A DNA stretch of 62,998 nucleotides, the filler included, from Octopus bimaculoides (lineage: Eukaryota), in assembly GCF_001194135.2 (NCBI RefSeq). It is 5 parts of 5 records of this genome, joined end to end, with 100 filler letters (N's around TTAATTAATTAA, not from the genome) between each part and the next. Parts side by side here need not be neighbours in the genome. Positions count along the whole stretch, not along the records: positions 60,398 to 62,998 come from NC_069006.1; 4 more parts are not named here. One strand, 5' to 3'. The position numbers and the translations under genes are program-made. Below are positions 61,885 through 62,998 of the stretch, piece after piece. Position 1 is the stretch's first letter. The number at the start of each line of letters is the position of its first letter. The notes below the pieces were generated by a model that was not told where the DNA came from, made no database searches, and saw only the letters and a list, made by a program, of their open reading frames with translations.

Positions 61885-62661
61885 TTAATTATCAGTCTTT
61901 AATGCTTCAATCTTTTTCTTAATATTTTTAATTCTAGTCTGAAATATCTGTTTCACATCTTTTACAGTTATATTGATAATGTCCTGGTCATCGCAAAGTT
62001 TGACGCCGGCCAAAGTCTTCATAAATACTCTACCTTCTTCGTTGGCATGCAAAGGGTGCAGGTTGATCCCAGGAACAATGTTATTCCAGATCATGGTGTC
62101 CGGGTCCCATGGCTTGATGTGTATTGCAATGACAAACCTGTGTATAACTTCATCTGCTTTGACCATCATGCAAGCATGCTCATCACACCAGCATTTGGCG
62201 TATGACTGGCAAAGATGGCTTCGCTGGCGCTCCTCTTTCGGGAAAGTTTCACTCTCCAGGTTGATCTTACTGCATATTCGATAAGCATCAGCCATAGATA
62301 CCGTCTGACTAATGACAGGCATGAAATGAACCCCATATCGCTTGACGTCGACTTGTGGTATGTAGCGCTTCATCAGATTGTCGAGATTGACTTTTAGGTG
62401 GTCTCTCTGAAATAGTGTTAATTGTAAACCTATGATTGTGCCATCATCTGCCACACCAAGGTAGACTGAGCCTCCTTGACCTGTGTTCAGAAAAGCATTC
62501 AGGGTGCGAGAAATAGACCTCCGCGTGCGTTTTTGGTTTTCTTGGGTCCACGGTGGTAGCTCTTCGACTGACAGGTTTCTGTGGCATTTGAATTCGTGTC
62601 TGGAATCCTCTTCAAATGGAATCATATTGTTTTCCCAGTAGAAGTCGACATATTCATTCAT
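61885..62661 (-). CDS. Stand-alone Schlafen-like (AlbA_2 domain) protein, 258 aa, encoded in one coding exon
   Basis: Uninterrupted non-repetitive ORF. It contains FEEDSRHEFK (E18-x4-E23-F-K25, same spacing as the Schlafen catalytic E-x4-E-x-K) and LNAFLNTGQGGSVYLGVADDGTIIGL (the AlbA_2 signature AF-N-GG-x3-G-V-x-D-D-G). The C-terminus QTRIKNIKKKIEALK is coiled-coil-like. There is no P-loop or helicase domain. Confidence 0.88.
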   Translation of the reverse strand: MNEYVDFYWENNMIPFEEDSRHEFKCHRNLSVEELPPWTQENQKRTRRSISRTLNAFLNTGQGGSVYLGVADDGTIIGLQLTLFQRDHLKVNLDNLMKRYIPQVDVKRYGVHFMPVISQTVSMADAYRICSKINLESETFPKEERQRSHLCQSYAKCWCDEHACMMVKADEVIHRFVIAIHIKPWDPDTMIWNNIVPGINLHPLHANEEGRVFMKTLAGVKLCDDQDIINITVKDVKQIFQTRIKNIKKKIEALKTDN

Positions 62662-62664
62662 GAT

Positions 62665-62690
62665 CTACAAAAATAAAAAAATGAAAAATG
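62665..62690 (-). other. 3' splice acceptor immediately upstream of the Schlafen-like exon
   Basis: Minus strand reads TTTTCATTTTTTTATTTTTGTAG|ATCATGAAT: a polypyrimidine tract and AG (62666-62665), then 3 nt before the ATG at 62661. Confidence 0.75.
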
Positions 62691-62772
62691 TTTTAAAAAA
62701 TAAATGTTAAATACCACAACATATAATTATTTAAAAAATAAATTAAGACATGGCAACGTGTGTGTGTGTGTA

Positions 62773-62998
62773 TTCTTTTACTTGTTTCAGTCGTTTGACT
62801 GCGGCCATGCCGGAGCAGCACCCTTAGTCAAACAACTCGACCCCTGGACTTATTCTTTGTAAGCTTAGTTCTTATTCTGTTTGTCTCTTTTGCTGAACAG
62901 CTAAGTTACGGGGACATAAACACACCAGCATCAGTTGTCAAGTGATGGCGGGGAAAACAAACACAGACACACAAATACATATATATGTATATATATGT
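62773..62998 (-). mobile_element. SINE family 1, in the intron upstream of the Schlafen-like exon; runs off the window
   Basis: Reverse complement of the 3' end and body. Confidence 0.85.

Overview
This is AT-rich animal genomic DNA, saturated with microsatellites and heavily gapped. The repeat content looks like an Octopus/cephalopod draft assembly, which is an inference from recognition and not from a database search. Only one convincing protein-coding sequence is present: a single coding exon on the minus strand (61885-62661) encoding a 258-aa stand-alone Schlafen/AlbA_2-domain protein with the nuclease motifs E-x4-E-F-K and G-V-x-D-D. The rest is intron-like or intergenic DNA. It holds several tRNA-derived SINE families, decayed RTE and R4/Dong LINEs, mariner and Tc1 remnants, hAT-, piggyBac- and Kolobok-like MITEs, and simple repeats. 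The most unusual signal is a family of about 250-bp elements (five copies, 13.6-27.1 kb). Each joins a tRNA-like Pol III promoter head to a minimal type I hammerhead ribozyme, and copies recur in fold-back or head-to-head arrangements typical of Penelope-like retroelements. At least one unrelated hammerhead (58684-58773, minus) and weaker candidates (54756-54800, 622-671) also occur, along with several long near-perfect palindromes. Almost all ORFs in the supplied track are artefacts of microsatellites or N gaps. All calls were made by eye; no folding, alignment or database searches were run.
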